Positions 36,469-47,456 of a stretch of 64,000 bases of DNA are shown one piece after another. The position numbers were made by a program, and so were the translations under genes. Positions within the stretch are counted from its first letter, which is position 1; every line of letters begins with the position of its first letter. The notes beneath the pieces were generated by a model. It ran no database searches, was not told the DNA's origin, and saw only the letters and a list, made by a program, of their open reading frames with translations. Source of the DNA: a bacterium (GTDB lineage Bacteria; Patescibacteriota; Minisyncoccia; Phycocordibacterales; Phycocordibacteraceae); NCBI GenBank assembly GCA_021778295.1, contig JAJYCP010000001.1, positions 66,513-130,512 of the forward strand, written 5' to 3'.

Positions 36469-37719
36469 ATGCGCCAATCGAAACTCTTCACCAAAACGCG
36501 CCGCGAGGCGCCCGCGGGCGAGGTCGCGAAGAATGCGCAGCTTCTCGTGCGTGCGGGCTACATCCATAAGGAGATGGCGGGCGTGTATTCCTATCTCCCG
36601 CTCGGCCGTCGGGTCCTCACGCGTATCGAGAACATCGTGCGCGAAGAAATGGATGCCATCGGCGGACAAGAAATCCGCATGGCGACATTGCACCCTTCAG
36701 AAAATTGGAAAACGACCGGCGGGTGGGATGGCGTGGATGTGCTCTTCAAGATCCAGAGCCGTACCGAAAAAGAGTACGCGCTCGGCCAGAGCGAGGAAGA
36801 GATCGTGACGCCTATCGCGCAAGAATTCGTTACTTCCTATAAAGATCTGCCCGTCGCGTTGTATCAGATAGGGCAGAAGTATCGCGACGAATTGCGTGCG
36901 AAGTCCGGCATCATGCGCGGTCGGGAGTTCGGTATGAAAGATATGTACAGTTTCCACCAGACGCAGGAGGACTTCGAGCGTTTCTACCAGATCGTAAAAG
37001 ATGCGTATTTCAGGATTTATAAACGCTGCGGACTGACCGCGAAAGTGACCGAGGCCTCCGGAGGAAATTTCAGCGAAAAAATCTCATACGAGTTCATGGT
37101 GCTTACGGATGCGGGCGAGGACGATATTGTCTTTTGCAATGCATGCGAGTTCTGTGCGAATGCCGAAGTCGCGCAGGTGAAGGCAGGCGACGTATGTCCT
37201 CGGTGCGGGAAAGAGAACGTACAAGCGGCGCGCGCAGTTGAAGCGGGCAACGTGTTCGATCTCGGGCAGAAATATCCGAAAGCGTTCGGATTTACGTATA
37301 AAGACAAAGAAGGGAAGGCCCAAACGCCTATCATGGGCTGTTACGGGATTGGCACTACGCGGCTTATGGGCACTCTCGTGGAGGTCTTTGCGGACGAGAA
37401 GGGTATCGTATGGCCGGAGAACGTAGCGCCATTTGCGGTGCACCTGGTCTCTTTGGGCCAGTCGGGAGATGAAGTAGCAAAGACAGCCGATGCGCTCTAT
37501 GAGGATCTGACGAAAGCCGGAGTTGAGGTCCTGTACGATGATCGCGACGTGCGCGCCGGAGAAAAGTTCGCGGAGAGCGACTTGCTCGGCATCCCGCAGC
37601 GCATCGTCGTGGGGAAAGACGCGGCGACAACCGGAGTTTTTGAAGTGGTATCTCGTGCGACCGGGGTAGCGACGAACATGCCACGCGCAGAGCTCCTCGC
37701 TTCGTATATAAAAAAATAA
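36469..37719 (+). CDS. proS: Proline-tRNA ligase (short form, no editing domain)
   Basis: MRQSKLF, KYRDELRAKSGIMRGREF, MGCYGIG, VLYDDR. Confidence 0.93.
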   Translation: MRQSKLFTKTRREAPAGEVAKNAQLLVRAGYIHKEMAGVYSYLPLGRRVLTRIENIVREEMDAIGGQEIRMATLHPSENWKTTGGWDGVDVLFKIQSRTEKEYALGQSEEEIVTPIAQEFVTSYKDLPVALYQIGQKYRDELRAKSGIMRGREFGMKDMYSFHQTQEDFERFYQIVKDAYFRIYKRCGLTAKVTEASGGNFSEKISYEFMVLTDAGEDDIVFCNACEFCANAEVAQVKAGDVCPRCGKENVQAARAVEAGNVFDLGQKYPKAFGFTYKDKEGKAQTPIMGCYGIGTTRLMGTLVEVFADEKGIVWPENVAPFAVHLVSLGQSGDEVAKTADALYEDLTKAGVEVLYDDRDVRAGEKFAESDLLGIPQRIVVGKDAATTGVFEVVSRATGVATNMPRAELLASYIKK

Positions 37720-37720
37720 T

Positions 37721-38773
37721 ATGGCACGATTTTCAAAAAATTCGCTCTTCAGCAGTGATATCGCGATCGATCTCGGAACGGCGAATACGCTTGTGTACGT
37801 ACGCGGGCGCGGCGTGGTCATAAACGAGCCCTCGGTGGTTGCGGTCAACGATAAGACCAATCAGGTCGTCGCAGTGGGGAAGGAGGCGAAAACGATGCTC
37901 GGCAAAACGCCCGCGCACATCCGTACCGTGCGTCCGTTGCTGCACGGGGTCATCTCCGACTTTGAAGTCACCGAGGAACTTCTCACATACTTCATCAATA
38001 AAGCGCATGGCGGCCACGCGCGGCTATTTGGCCCACGGGTCGTTATCGGCGTACCGACCGGAGTGACCAATGTGCAAAGCCGCGCCGTACGTGATGCGGC
38101 ACGGAATGCCGGCGCGCGCGAAGCGATTATCATTGAAGAAACGGTTGCTGGGGCTATCGGCGCAAAGCTGCCGGTCGCCGAGGCGACCGGCACGATGGTG
38201 CTCGACATCGGCGGCGGCACCACCGATATCGCCGTCATCGCGCTCGGCGGTACGGTTGCAAGCAAGAGTTCGCAGGTTGCCGGTGACAAGCTGAATGAGA
38301 ATATCATCGATTTTGTGCGCAGCGAGTTCAAGCTCGGCATCGGCGAACGGACCGCCGAGGATATAAAAATAGCCATCGGCGCAGTCACGCCGCTTACGGA
38401 AACCCTCACCAAAAGCGTGCGCGGGCGCGACTACGCGACGGGACTTCCGCGCGAAGTGACGCTCACCGACGTACATATCCGCGAAGCCATCGCGCCCTCT
38501 CTTGATGCGCTCATGGACACGATAAAAGAGGTGATAGAAGCAACGCCGCCCGAGCTCCTCTCCGATGTCCTTCAGCATGGCGTCACCGTCTTTGGCGGCG
38601 GAGCGCTCCTGCGCGGTCTGCCGCAGATACTCGCAAAAATGCTCGGTGTGCCGGTAAAAGTGACCCCCGATCCTTTGACTACGGTCGTGCGCGGGGCAGG
38701 CATCGTGACCGAAAATCCGATGCCCTATGTAGATTTTTTCATCGATGAAGAAGATATTCTCAGCGAAGCGTAA
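37721..38773 (+). CDS. mreB: Rod shape-determining protein MreB (copy 2)
   Basis: AIDLGTAN, NEPSVVA, LDIGGGTT, GGGALL. Confidence 0.95.
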   Translation: MARFSKNSLFSSDIAIDLGTANTLVYVRGRGVVINEPSVVAVNDKTNQVVAVGKEAKTMLGKTPAHIRTVRPLLHGVISDFEVTEELLTYFINKAHGGHARLFGPRVVIGVPTGVTNVQSRAVRDAARNAGAREAIIIEETVAGAIGAKLPVAEATGTMVLDIGGGTTDIAVIALGGTVASKSSQVAGDKLNENIIDFVRSEFKLGIGERTAEDIKIAIGAVTPLTETLTKSVRGRDYATGLPREVTLTDVHIREAIAPSLDALMDTIKEVIEATPPELLSDVLQHGVTVFGGGALLRGLPQILAKMLGVPVKVTPDPLTTVVRGAGIVTENPMPYVDFFIDEEDILSEA

Positions 38774-39584
38774 CGCGCTCCTATCGTCCGCGACGATTTC
38801 ATGGGGCGGGGGCGCGCTCGCGCTCGTTCTCATCATCCTTTTGGTGCGATTCGCCGCACCAAATATCTTTTGGCGCGCCTTCGCGCCGGTATTCCATGCG
38901 GCGGATACGCTCGCTCTCGCGAGCCATACCTTTGCCGCAAGTTTCGGTACTGCCGCGGCACTTACCCTCCAGAACGAACGACTAACGAGCGAAAACAGCG
39001 CTCTTGCGAGCGAGAATCAAGCGCTTTCCCAGAAAATAGTGAACATTTCCGCGCTTTCCGGTTTTTCCGTACCGCAACAGCATGCTTCCGGAATTTTAGC
39101 CGGCGTTCTCGCTCATCCGCCCGTGAGCCCGTACGACACACTCGTGCTTTCCGCCGGCTCGACTGCGGGAGTGCGCAAAGGCATGGAAGTATTCGGAGCC
39201 GGCGGTGTGCCGCTTGGCGTCGTCGAAACGGTCCTCGCCGACTTTTCGCGTGCGGTGCTTTTTTCAGCGCCCGGCATGTCGACGTACGGCTGGGTCGGGA
39301 AGGCAAGCAGCCCGGTGACGCTTGTGGGCGAAGGAGCGGGTACCATGAGCGCATTGATGCCACGATCCGCAAACATCATTGTCGGCGACAGCGTTTTTGT
39401 CCCCGGGCCGGGCATGCTCCCCATCGGAAGCGTCGTGCGCATCGACGACGAGCCCTCGTCGCCTTCGGTAACGCTGCGCATCATGCTTTCGCAAAATATT
39501 TTTTCAATTCCTTGGGTACTCGTGCGCGATAGCGGTACGGCACTTCAGGGTCCGCTCTTTTCGGCGACTTCGACACTGCCATGA
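38745..39584 (+). CDS. mreC: Rod shape-determining protein MreC
   Basis: TM, coiled coil (LQNERLTSENSAL) and beta domain; synteny with mreB. Confidence 0.85.
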   Translation: MKKIFSAKRNALLSSATISWGGGALALVLIILLVRFAAPNIFWRAFAPVFHAADTLALASHTFAASFGTAAALTLQNERLTSENSALASENQALSQKIVNISALSGFSVPQQHASGILAGVLAHPPVSPYDTLVLSAGSTAGVRKGMEVFGAGGVPLGVVETVLADFSRAVLFSAPGMSTYGWVGKASSPVTLVGEGAGTMSALMPRSANIIVGDSVFVPGPGMLPIGSVVRIDDEPSSPSVTLRIMLSQNIFSIPWVLVRDSGTALQGPLFSATSTLP

Positions 39585-39835
39585 TGCGCGGCGCGTTCAC
39601 ACTCGCCACGCTCGCTTCGGTCATATTTTTCCCCTGGCCGCTTACCGCCGTCCTCATGCTTGTCTCTTCCCTCGTCGAGCCGCTCGTACCGCTCGCTGCC
39701 GGAATTTTTACCGATACGCTTTATTACACGCCGAAAGCCGGAGTACTACCGTTCTTCACCCTTTTCGGGGCATTGGTAACCGTTGTGGCGCTTCTCGTGC
39801 GTAGTCGGCTTCGAACGGGTATCATCAGAGGATGA
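39581..39835 (+). CDS. Small membrane protein in the mreD position
   Basis: 84 aa, hydrophobic, translationally coupled between mreC and mrdA. Confidence 0.6.
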   Translation: MMRGAFTLATLASVIFFPWPLTAVLMLVSSLVEPLVPLAAGIFTDTLYYTPKAGVLPFFTLFGALVTVVALLVRSRLRTGIIRG

Positions 39836-41526
39836 AATGGCGGCGTACGCGGCGGCGAGATCCTGAGATCGCTCCCGATGAAATATTTCTTGATGCGTCG
39901 AATGCGCCGGATTTTGACCGCGCGCGATTCGAGGGGCGGCTCGAGAAACCGCTTTCGCGCGGAACGTTTCTGACGCTCTCGCTCACGCTCGCGTTTCTGC
40001 TTGGCATCCTCATCATCCGTTCATGGAATCTTGAAATTACCAATGGCGCCGCTTTTGCCGCCGAGAGCGCCCATAACAGCCTCGAAGTGACGACATTGTT
40101 CGCGTCGCGTGGCGTCATCACCGATCGTTACGGAAATATACTTGCCAACAATGTTGCCAAAGCGGACGGCAGCACGATACGCAATTACCCGGTACCTTCT
40201 CTCGGTCAGATCATCGGGTATGTCTCGTATCCGAAGAAAGATTCGCATGGTGTGTATTACGATACGCGCGAAACCGGCATTGCCGGACTTGAAGCGGAGT
40301 ACGATTCATTCCTCGCCGGCACAAACGGCCACATTCTCACCGAGCGGGACGCGTTCGGTAATATCCGTTCAGAAGGAGGTATCATTCCCGCAAAAGACGG
40401 AGGGACGCTCAAACTGTCGATCGACGCGCCGCTTGAACAGCTTTTCGCGCGCGCCATTACGGATGTCGCGCGCAAACAGCACTTTATGGCCGGCGCCGGC
40501 GTCATCATGGACGTACACTCCGGCGCGATACGCGCTATTTTTTCCTATCCGAGCTATGACCCGAACGTCATGGCGAACGGGGGTCCCGCGGCCACCATCA
40601 ACGCCTACAACACCGATCAAGGCTATCCTTTCCTCGACCATGCGGTGCAGGGCGTGTACGCGCCCGGTTCCATTGTGAAGCCGTTTATCGCTTCCGGAGC
40701 GCTCACCGACGGAATCATTACGCCGAGTACCACTATTGACGATCCCGGCTTCCTTTCGCTGCCTGACCCTTATCATCCCGGCAAGACGTTTATCTACAAA
40801 GGGTGGAAAGCGCTCGGCATAGTCGATGTGAGAAAAGCAATCGCCTGGTCCTCGGATGTTTTCTTCTACACGGTCGGCGGCGGCTTCGGAAAACAAAAAG
40901 GCCTTGGCATCGACCGGCTCGACTACTGGTATCGGCAATTCGGTTTCGGGCGGCCGACCGGCATTGATTTGCCGGAAGAGGCAAGCGGACTGGTCCCCAG
41001 TCCCGCATGGAAGGAAAAAACGCTCGGCGAACCGTGGTATCTCGGCGATACATACTTCACGGCAATCGGACAATACTCAATGCAGGTAACGCCACTCCAG
41101 ATAGCGCGCGCCACCGCTGCGATAGCCAACGACGGGAAGCTCTATACTCCGACCTTGCTCGCGGGGCAGACGCCCTCGTATGTGACCGTACCGGTAGCCA
41201 CTTCGACGTTTGCCGTTGTGCGCGAGGGGATGCGCGAAGGTGTGACCGGTGCGCTCGCGCAGGCGATCAACCTCCCGTACGTGAGCGTGGCGGCAAAGAC
41301 CGGTACCGCGCAAACAGGCGTACACAACCAGTATGACAATGCGTGGGTTGAAGGATTTTTCCCATACCATAATCCGCAATACGCCTTTTCGGTCGTACTT
41401 GAACGGGGGCCAAACGGCGCAGGCGAACAGGCGGTGAATGTCATGCGTGAACTTTTCGACTCCCTTCACGCTGCCAACTCGCCCTACGTCGGCGGAACTG
41501 CCACCACCACAGCGCTCGCGCCCTAA
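39832..41526 (+). CDS. mrdA: Penicillin-binding protein 2
   Basis: PGSIVK (SxxK), SSD (SxD/N), KTGTAQ; follows mreBC. Confidence 0.9.
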   Translation: MKWRRTRRRDPEIAPDEIFLDASNAPDFDRARFEGRLEKPLSRGTFLTLSLTLAFLLGILIIRSWNLEITNGAAFAAESAHNSLEVTTLFASRGVITDRYGNILANNVAKADGSTIRNYPVPSLGQIIGYVSYPKKDSHGVYYDTRETGIAGLEAEYDSFLAGTNGHILTERDAFGNIRSEGGIIPAKDGGTLKLSIDAPLEQLFARAITDVARKQHFMAGAGVIMDVHSGAIRAIFSYPSYDPNVMANGGPAATINAYNTDQGYPFLDHAVQGVYAPGSIVKPFIASGALTDGIITPSTTIDDPGFLSLPDPYHPGKTFIYKGWKALGIVDVRKAIAWSSDVFFYTVGGGFGKQKGLGIDRLDYWYRQFGFGRPTGIDLPEEASGLVPSPAWKEKTLGEPWYLGDTYFTAIGQYSMQVTPLQIARATAAIANDGKLYTPTLLAGQTPSYVTVPVATSTFAVVREGMREGVTGALAQAINLPYVSVAAKTGTAQTGVHNQYDNAWVEGFFPYHNPQYAFSVVLERGPNGAGEQAVNVMRELFDSLHAANSPYVGGTATTTALAP

Positions 41527-41737
41527 AACCCATTTCAAACCCCCGCTCGGGTATGCGACAGAAAGGAGTACGCCGTCTTTTTCTGCTGAAAAAGCGGCTC
41601 GTACTCGTCCCCGTTACCACAGAGAGTACTTCCACGTTTCTAACTCGCTCCGCTCGTAAGAAACGTGTAGTCGCGGGCTCCGAGAGCCTCTTTCTGCCGC
41701 ATACGCCTCGCGGGGAGGTTGGGGTTTGAAATGGGCC
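41527..41737. mobile_element. MITE-like palindromic element, copy B (longest)
   Basis: Terminal inverted repeats CCCATTTCAAACCCC…GGGGTTTGAAATGGG; internal hairpins. Confidence 0.8.
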
Positions 41738-41801
41738 TTACCACATTGGCTTGCGCTTCGGACGCCCTCGCGTACAATGTGCGCACCGAGCCCACCTACT
41801 T

Positions 41802-42275
41802 ATGGCAGATGTACAAGATTCCGTCGTCTCACGGGAGAAATTCGATGAGATGGTAAAAGAACTCGAACACCTCAAGACGGTGCGTCGTACCGAGATCGCA
41901 AAAAATCTGGAGTATGCTCGCGCGCTTGGCGACCTTTCGGAAAACGCGGAGTATCAAGAAGCGCGCGACCTGCAGGCCGCAACCGAGGAGCGCATCAAAA
42001 AGCTTGAGGAACTGGTGAAGTACACGAAGATCGTCACTGAAGGCAAAAAGAAAAGCGAAGTCAGTTTCGGTTCGAAAGTGGCGATTAAAAAAGAAGGAAG
42101 TACGGAAATACATGAATACACCATCGTCGGCAGCGAAGAAGTCGACATGCGCGTAAAAAAGCTCTCGCATATTTCACCGCTCGGCGCCGCTCTGATGGGA
42201 AAGAAAAAAGGCGATGTATTCACATTCCAAACCCCCGCCGGCAAGCAGACCTACATCATTGAGAAAGTGAGCTAA
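41802..42275 (+). CDS. greA: Transcription elongation factor GreA
   Basis: GDLSENAEYQEAR, SPLGAALMGKKKGD. Confidence 0.96.
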   Translation: MADVQDSVVSREKFDEMVKELEHLKTVRRTEIAKNLEYARALGDLSENAEYQEARDLQAATEERIKKLEELVKYTKIVTEGKKKSEVSFGSKVAIKKEGSTEIHEYTIVGSEEVDMRVKKLSHISPLGAALMGKKKGDVFTFQTPAGKQTYIIEKVS

Positions 42276-42313
42276 GATTTTTCGCCGGCAGGCCGGATGC
42301 TATAGTGATGCGT

Positions 42314-43765
42314 ATGACTTTGCTTGAAACGGTGCGCGCCGAAAGGATCGCAAAAATAGGCCGCCTTAAGGCGGCAGGTATGGATGCGTATCCGGCTCGC
42401 ACGCTCCGCTCGCATGCGATACAGCAGTTTCTCGGGCAGCACGGAACTCTGGAGAAGAATGGCGAGCAGGTTACGCTTGCTGGGCGCGTGCTCTCAATGC
42501 GCGAGCACGGAGGGTCGCTCTTCATTGATCTTTTTGACGGAACAAAAGGGCAGTGTTACGTACAGCGCGATAAGCTCGGGGATTCTGCCTACGACCTTTT
42601 CGGTGGTACGGTCGATATTGGCGACATAATCGAGTGCACGGGAGTTGCATTCACGACAAAACGCGGCATGCCGTCGTTGGACGCGACCGGATGGCGCATG
42701 CTCGCGAAATCGCTTCGGCCTCTGCCGGACGAGTGGTACGGCATCAAGGACGAAGATGAGCGCTATCGAAAACGCTATCTCGATATTTTGCTTTCGAAAG
42801 ATTTGGCAGACCGCTTCCGCCGGCGTTCCGCGTTCTGGAATACCATCCGTTCGTACCTTCTCGAGAAGGATTTTATCGAAGTGGAAACGCCGGTGCTCGA
42901 AACGACGACCGGCGGCGCTGAAGCGCGTCCGTTTGTCACGCACCACAATGCACTCGCTCTGGACGCGTACTTGCGCATTTCGGTCGGCGAACTGTGGCAG
43001 AAACGGCTCATGGTTGCCGGCCTTCCGAAGACCTTCGAGATAGGTCGCGTGTTCCGCAATGAAGGCATGTCGGCCGAACACGCTCAGGATTACACCGCGG
43101 TCGAGTTCTATGAAGCATTCAAAGACTATGAAGCGGGTATGGCCATGATCGTTGATCTGTATCGCACCATTGCCGATACGGTGTACGGCACGCAGGTTTT
43201 TTCGATCAAGGATTTTACTATCGATTTAAGCAAGGAATGGGAGAAATATGATTTCTGCGCGCTCCTGCAGAAAGAATACGGCCTCGACCCGCTCGATGAA
43301 GATGCGGACTGGGCGCCGGTTCTTACGCAGAGAAATATTTCATTTGAGAGTGGCGCCGAGAGAGGGCGTTTGGTTGATACCGCATGGAAGCAGATCCGGA
43401 GGACTCTCGCGGGGCCCGGATTTCTTGTAAACGTACCGGTCTATATGGAGCCGCTCGCGAAAAGGAGCTCGAAAGACTCGCGCGTCGTTGAGCGTTTCCA
43501 GGTCGTGCTTGCCGGAAGCGAGAACGGCAAGGGTTTCAGCGAATTAAACGATCCGATCGATCAGGCGGAACGTTTTGCGCGCCAGCAGAGACTGCGCGAA
43601 GCGGGAGATGAGGAGGCGCAAATGCCGGATGCCGAATTCGTCGAGGCCCTCGAATACGGTATGCCGCCGGCATTCGGCTTCGGCGTATCCGAACGCCTCT
43701 TCAGTTTCCTCGAAGGGGTGTCAATACGGGAAGGGCAGCTTTTCCCCCTTTTGCGGCCCCGATAA
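42314..43765 (+). CDS. lysS: Lysine-tRNA ligase (class II)
   Basis: GGAEARPFVTHHNAL, FRNEG, YGMPPAFGFG. Confidence 0.96.
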   Translation: MTLLETVRAERIAKIGRLKAAGMDAYPARTLRSHAIQQFLGQHGTLEKNGEQVTLAGRVLSMREHGGSLFIDLFDGTKGQCYVQRDKLGDSAYDLFGGTVDIGDIIECTGVAFTTKRGMPSLDATGWRMLAKSLRPLPDEWYGIKDEDERYRKRYLDILLSKDLADRFRRRSAFWNTIRSYLLEKDFIEVETPVLETTTGGAEARPFVTHHNALALDAYLRISVGELWQKRLMVAGLPKTFEIGRVFRNEGMSAEHAQDYTAVEFYEAFKDYEAGMAMIVDLYRTIADTVYGTQVFSIKDFTIDLSKEWEKYDFCALLQKEYGLDPLDEDADWAPVLTQRNISFESGAERGRLVDTAWKQIRRTLAGPGFLVNVPVYMEPLAKRSSKDSRVVERFQVVLAGSENGKGFSELNDPIDQAERFARQQRLREAGDEEAQMPDAEFVEALEYGMPPAFGFGVSERLFSFLEGVSIREGQLFPLLRPR

Positions 43766-43854
43766 CAAGCGATTCTCTCATTGCGACGCGGGCTTTGCCC
43801 GCGCCATTTTTGCATAAAAGCGAGACTTGACCTCCAGGGTCGTTGCGCGGCGAT

Positions 43855-43938
43855 GTGGGGATAACTCAAATATGAGAAGTGGGGGAAAGTGGTATATAAT
43901 CCAGTAATGGTTAGCAGAGTGGGAAACGGGAGTGGTGG
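43855..43938 (+). promoter_or_regulatory. mraZ promoter with GTGG(G) repeats (MraZ boxes)
   Basis: GTGGG repeats, including a pair 10 nt apart (43879, 43889), around TATAAT. Confidence 0.65.
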
Positions 43939-43971
43939 CCTTTTTCTCTCTCGCGCAGCCTGACCCGCACT

Positions 43972-44406
43972 ATGTTTCTCGGAGAATACCTACATACTTT
44001 CGATTCCAAGAATAGGATTTCGATCCCTTCGAAATTCCGAAAGGATTTGGGCCGCGTCGTCGTCGTGACGCGCGGCCTCGATCATTGTCTGTACGTCTAT
44101 TCCCGAAAGGCATGGGAGAAAGAGGCGCGGACGTATGCGGAGGCGGTGAATGGAAGCGCGGCGCGCCGCGGCCTCGCGCGTCTTTTCCTCGCCGGTTCTT
44201 CCGAAGCTGAGGTCGATAAGTCGGGCCGCGTGCTGATCCCCGAACACCTGAAATCATTCGCGTCCATACGGGAGATGGCAGTCATCGCCGGCGTTGCCGA
44301 CCGGGTCGAGATCTGGGAAGAGGGCGCGTGGAAAAAATACACGGCCGCTATTGAACGAGATGCCGATGCTTTTGCGGAAACGCTTGGCGCGGGTGTTCGA
44401 AACTGA
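43972..44406 (+). CDS. mraZ: Transcriptional regulator MraZ
   Basis: MFLGEYLHTFDSKNRISIP, DKSGRVLIP. Confidence 0.96.
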   Translation: MFLGEYLHTFDSKNRISIPSKFRKDLGRVVVVTRGLDHCLYVYSRKAWEKEARTYAEAVNGSAARRGLARLFLAGSSEAEVDKSGRVLIPEHLKSFASIREMAVIAGVADRVEIWEEGAWKKYTAAIERDADAFAETLGAGVRN

Positions 44407-44407
44407 T

Positions 44408-45353
<946 letters not shown>

Positions 45354-45364
<11 letters not shown>

Positions 45365-45698
45365 TACGATCGCACACAAGCATCCTCTTCACGCGCGCCG
45401 CGCCGCTCGAGCGTTTCATTTCCATCTCCCGTTTTCTCCCGTATCGCTTTGTTTCGGGACGGTTGCGGTCCTTGCCATCACTTATATCGGTCTCATCGCG
45501 GTCGTCATGAGCTATGCGGTGCTCACCGTTGAATTTTCCCAATCGGTCAGAAATGACGAGGCAACGGTTGCCACGCTTGAGTCGCAGTATCTCGCGGCCG
45601 TTGCGCAGATTACGGATACGAACTACGTTGCAGCGGGTTACGCGAAGCCGATCGCGAAAATCTTCGTACCGACGCAGAGTGCGACCGCGTTGCGCTAG
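45354..45698 (+). CDS. FtsL-like cell division protein
   Basis: Single TM plus coiled coil between rsmH and ftsI. Confidence 0.6.
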
Positions 45699-45704
45699 TA
45701 CGTC

Positions 45705-47456
45705 ATGCGAGCACAGTTCCGTATTCGCATTCGCATTGTCCTCGCTTTTGTCGTTTTCATCGCTTTTCTCATACTCGCGCGTCTTTATTTCATTCAGATA
45801 CTGCAAGGGCAGGATTATGCGCAAAAAGCAGACCAGCAATTCGCTTCAAACAGTAGCGGGCTTTTCGATAGAGGCTCGATCTATTTTACACGCAAGGACG
45901 GCACGCTCATTTCCGCGGCAACGCTCGCAAGCGGTTATCTCGTGGCGATAAATCCGCAAACGCTCGTCGATCCTGAAGCCGCCTATGCCGCAATAACTTC
46001 CGTCGCCTCGTCATCGCTTACTCATGCGGCATTTCTTGCCGCCGCCGCAAGGAAGACTCAGGTCTACATTGAAGTCGCGCAGCATCTTTCGGATGCGGAA
46101 GGGACGGCGCTCACCGCCATGGGAATTCCCGGCGTACAGGTACTGCGCGAACGCTGGCGTTACTACCCCGGCAATACGCTTGCCGCGCAGACCATTGGCA
46201 TCGTTTCGTACGGTTCCGGGGCCACCCTTACCGGCCAAACCGGTCTCGAGGCGACCTATGACAGCACGCTCTCACGTTCAGGGGATGTATTGTATAAAAA
46301 CTTTTTTGCCGAACTTTTCTCGAACGTCGGCCGGCTACTGGTAAATACGCAAGACGCGCACCAGGGCGATATCGTAACAACGATCGAACCGGAGGTGGAG
46401 ATGCGACTCGCCGCCGATCTCGCAAAAGTGAACACGAAGTATTCGAGCATAGGTTCCGGCGGCATCATCATGGATACGAAAACCGGCGCCATACTGGCGC
46501 TCGCAAGCTACCCGACTTTTAATGAGAACGATCTCCAGAACATCAATCCGCAAATCCTCAGCAATCCGTTAGTTGAGCACGTCTTTGAATACGGTTCGAT
46601 TATGAAGCCAATAACGATGGCCTCGGCGCTTACTGCCGGCGTCGTAACGCCGCAGACGACGTATAACGACACCGGCTGTATTCACGTCGATGGAAATCGC
46701 ATTTGCAATTGGAATTACAGATCGCACGGAGCGTATGGCATCATCCCCATGCAAACGATCATCGAACAGTCGCTCAATGTGGGCGCTTCGTGGGTAGCGG
46801 AGCAGCTCGGCCAAGAAAAATTTAGAGCATATTTCACGAAAATCTTCGGACAAAAGACCGGTATCGATCTCCCGAATGAGACCGATGCACTCATTGGGAA
46901 CCTTTATAAACCTCAGCAGATTTATTACGACACGGCTGCATTCGGAGAAGGGATTGCGGTGACGCCGATACAAATGATCCGCGCACTCGGCGCAATCGCC
47001 AATCATGGCGTGATGGTGAACCCGCACCTTGTGAGTGCGATACGGCTCAATTCAGGCGTCGTTCAACAGTTGAACTGGGGTCAGGGCACTCGGATTTTTT
47101 CCGCCGCGGCCGCGCGTGAGACAACCGTCATGATGGATGCGCTTTGGGACAAGGCGCTCATCGTCGATGGCGTATCAGCGCGGATCCCGACTATGTCCGT
47201 TGCGGCAAAAACCGGTACGGCGCAATTGCCGACACCCACCGGCGGGTATTATAACGATAAGTTTTTTAACTCCGAGGTTGCTTTTTTCCCGTCGTTTGAT
47301 CCGCGGTTCATCATTCTCCTCTACACCGATGATCCCCAGCACGTCATCTATGCGGAGCAATCGCTCTCAACGTCGCTGCTTGACCTCGTGCATTTTCTTA
47401 TAAATTATTATAACGTGCCACCTGATCGCGGCTTTGCGACCACGACATCTTCATGA
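45705..47456 (+). CDS. ftsI: Class B PBP (FtsI/PBP3)
   Basis: GSIMKP, SLN, KTGTAQ; dcw synteny. Confidence 0.9.
   Translation: MRAQFRIRIRIVLAFVVFIAFLILARLYFIQILQGQDYAQKADQQFASNSSGLFDRGSIYFTRKDGTLISAATLASGYLVAINPQTLVDPEAAYAAITSVASSSLTHAAFLAAAARKTQVYIEVAQHLSDAEGTALTAMGIPGVQVLRERWRYYPGNTLAAQTIGIVSYGSGATLTGQTGLEATYDSTLSRSGDVLYKNFFAELFSNVGRLLVNTQDAHQGDIVTTIEPEVEMRLAADLAKVNTKYSSIGSGGIIMDTKTGAILALASYPTFNENDLQNINPQILSNPLVEHVFEYGSIMKPITMASALTAGVVTPQTTYNDTGCIHVDGNRICNWNYRSHGAYGIIPMQTIIEQSLNVGASWVAEQLGQEKFRAYFTKIFGQKTGIDLPNETDALIGNLYKPQQIYYDTAAFGEGIAVTPIQMIRALGAIANHGVMVNPHLVSAIRLNSGVVQQLNWGQGTRIFSAAAARETTVMMDALWDKALIVDGVSARIPTMSVAAKTGTAQLPTPTGGYYNDKFFNSEVAFFPSFDPRFIILLYTDDPQHVIYAEQSLSTSLLDLVHFLINYYNVPPDRGFATTTSS

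Noticed and set aside
33023-38773. Two mreB genes as a novelty
   Set aside because: Multiple MreB paralogs are common; both look intact and ordinary.
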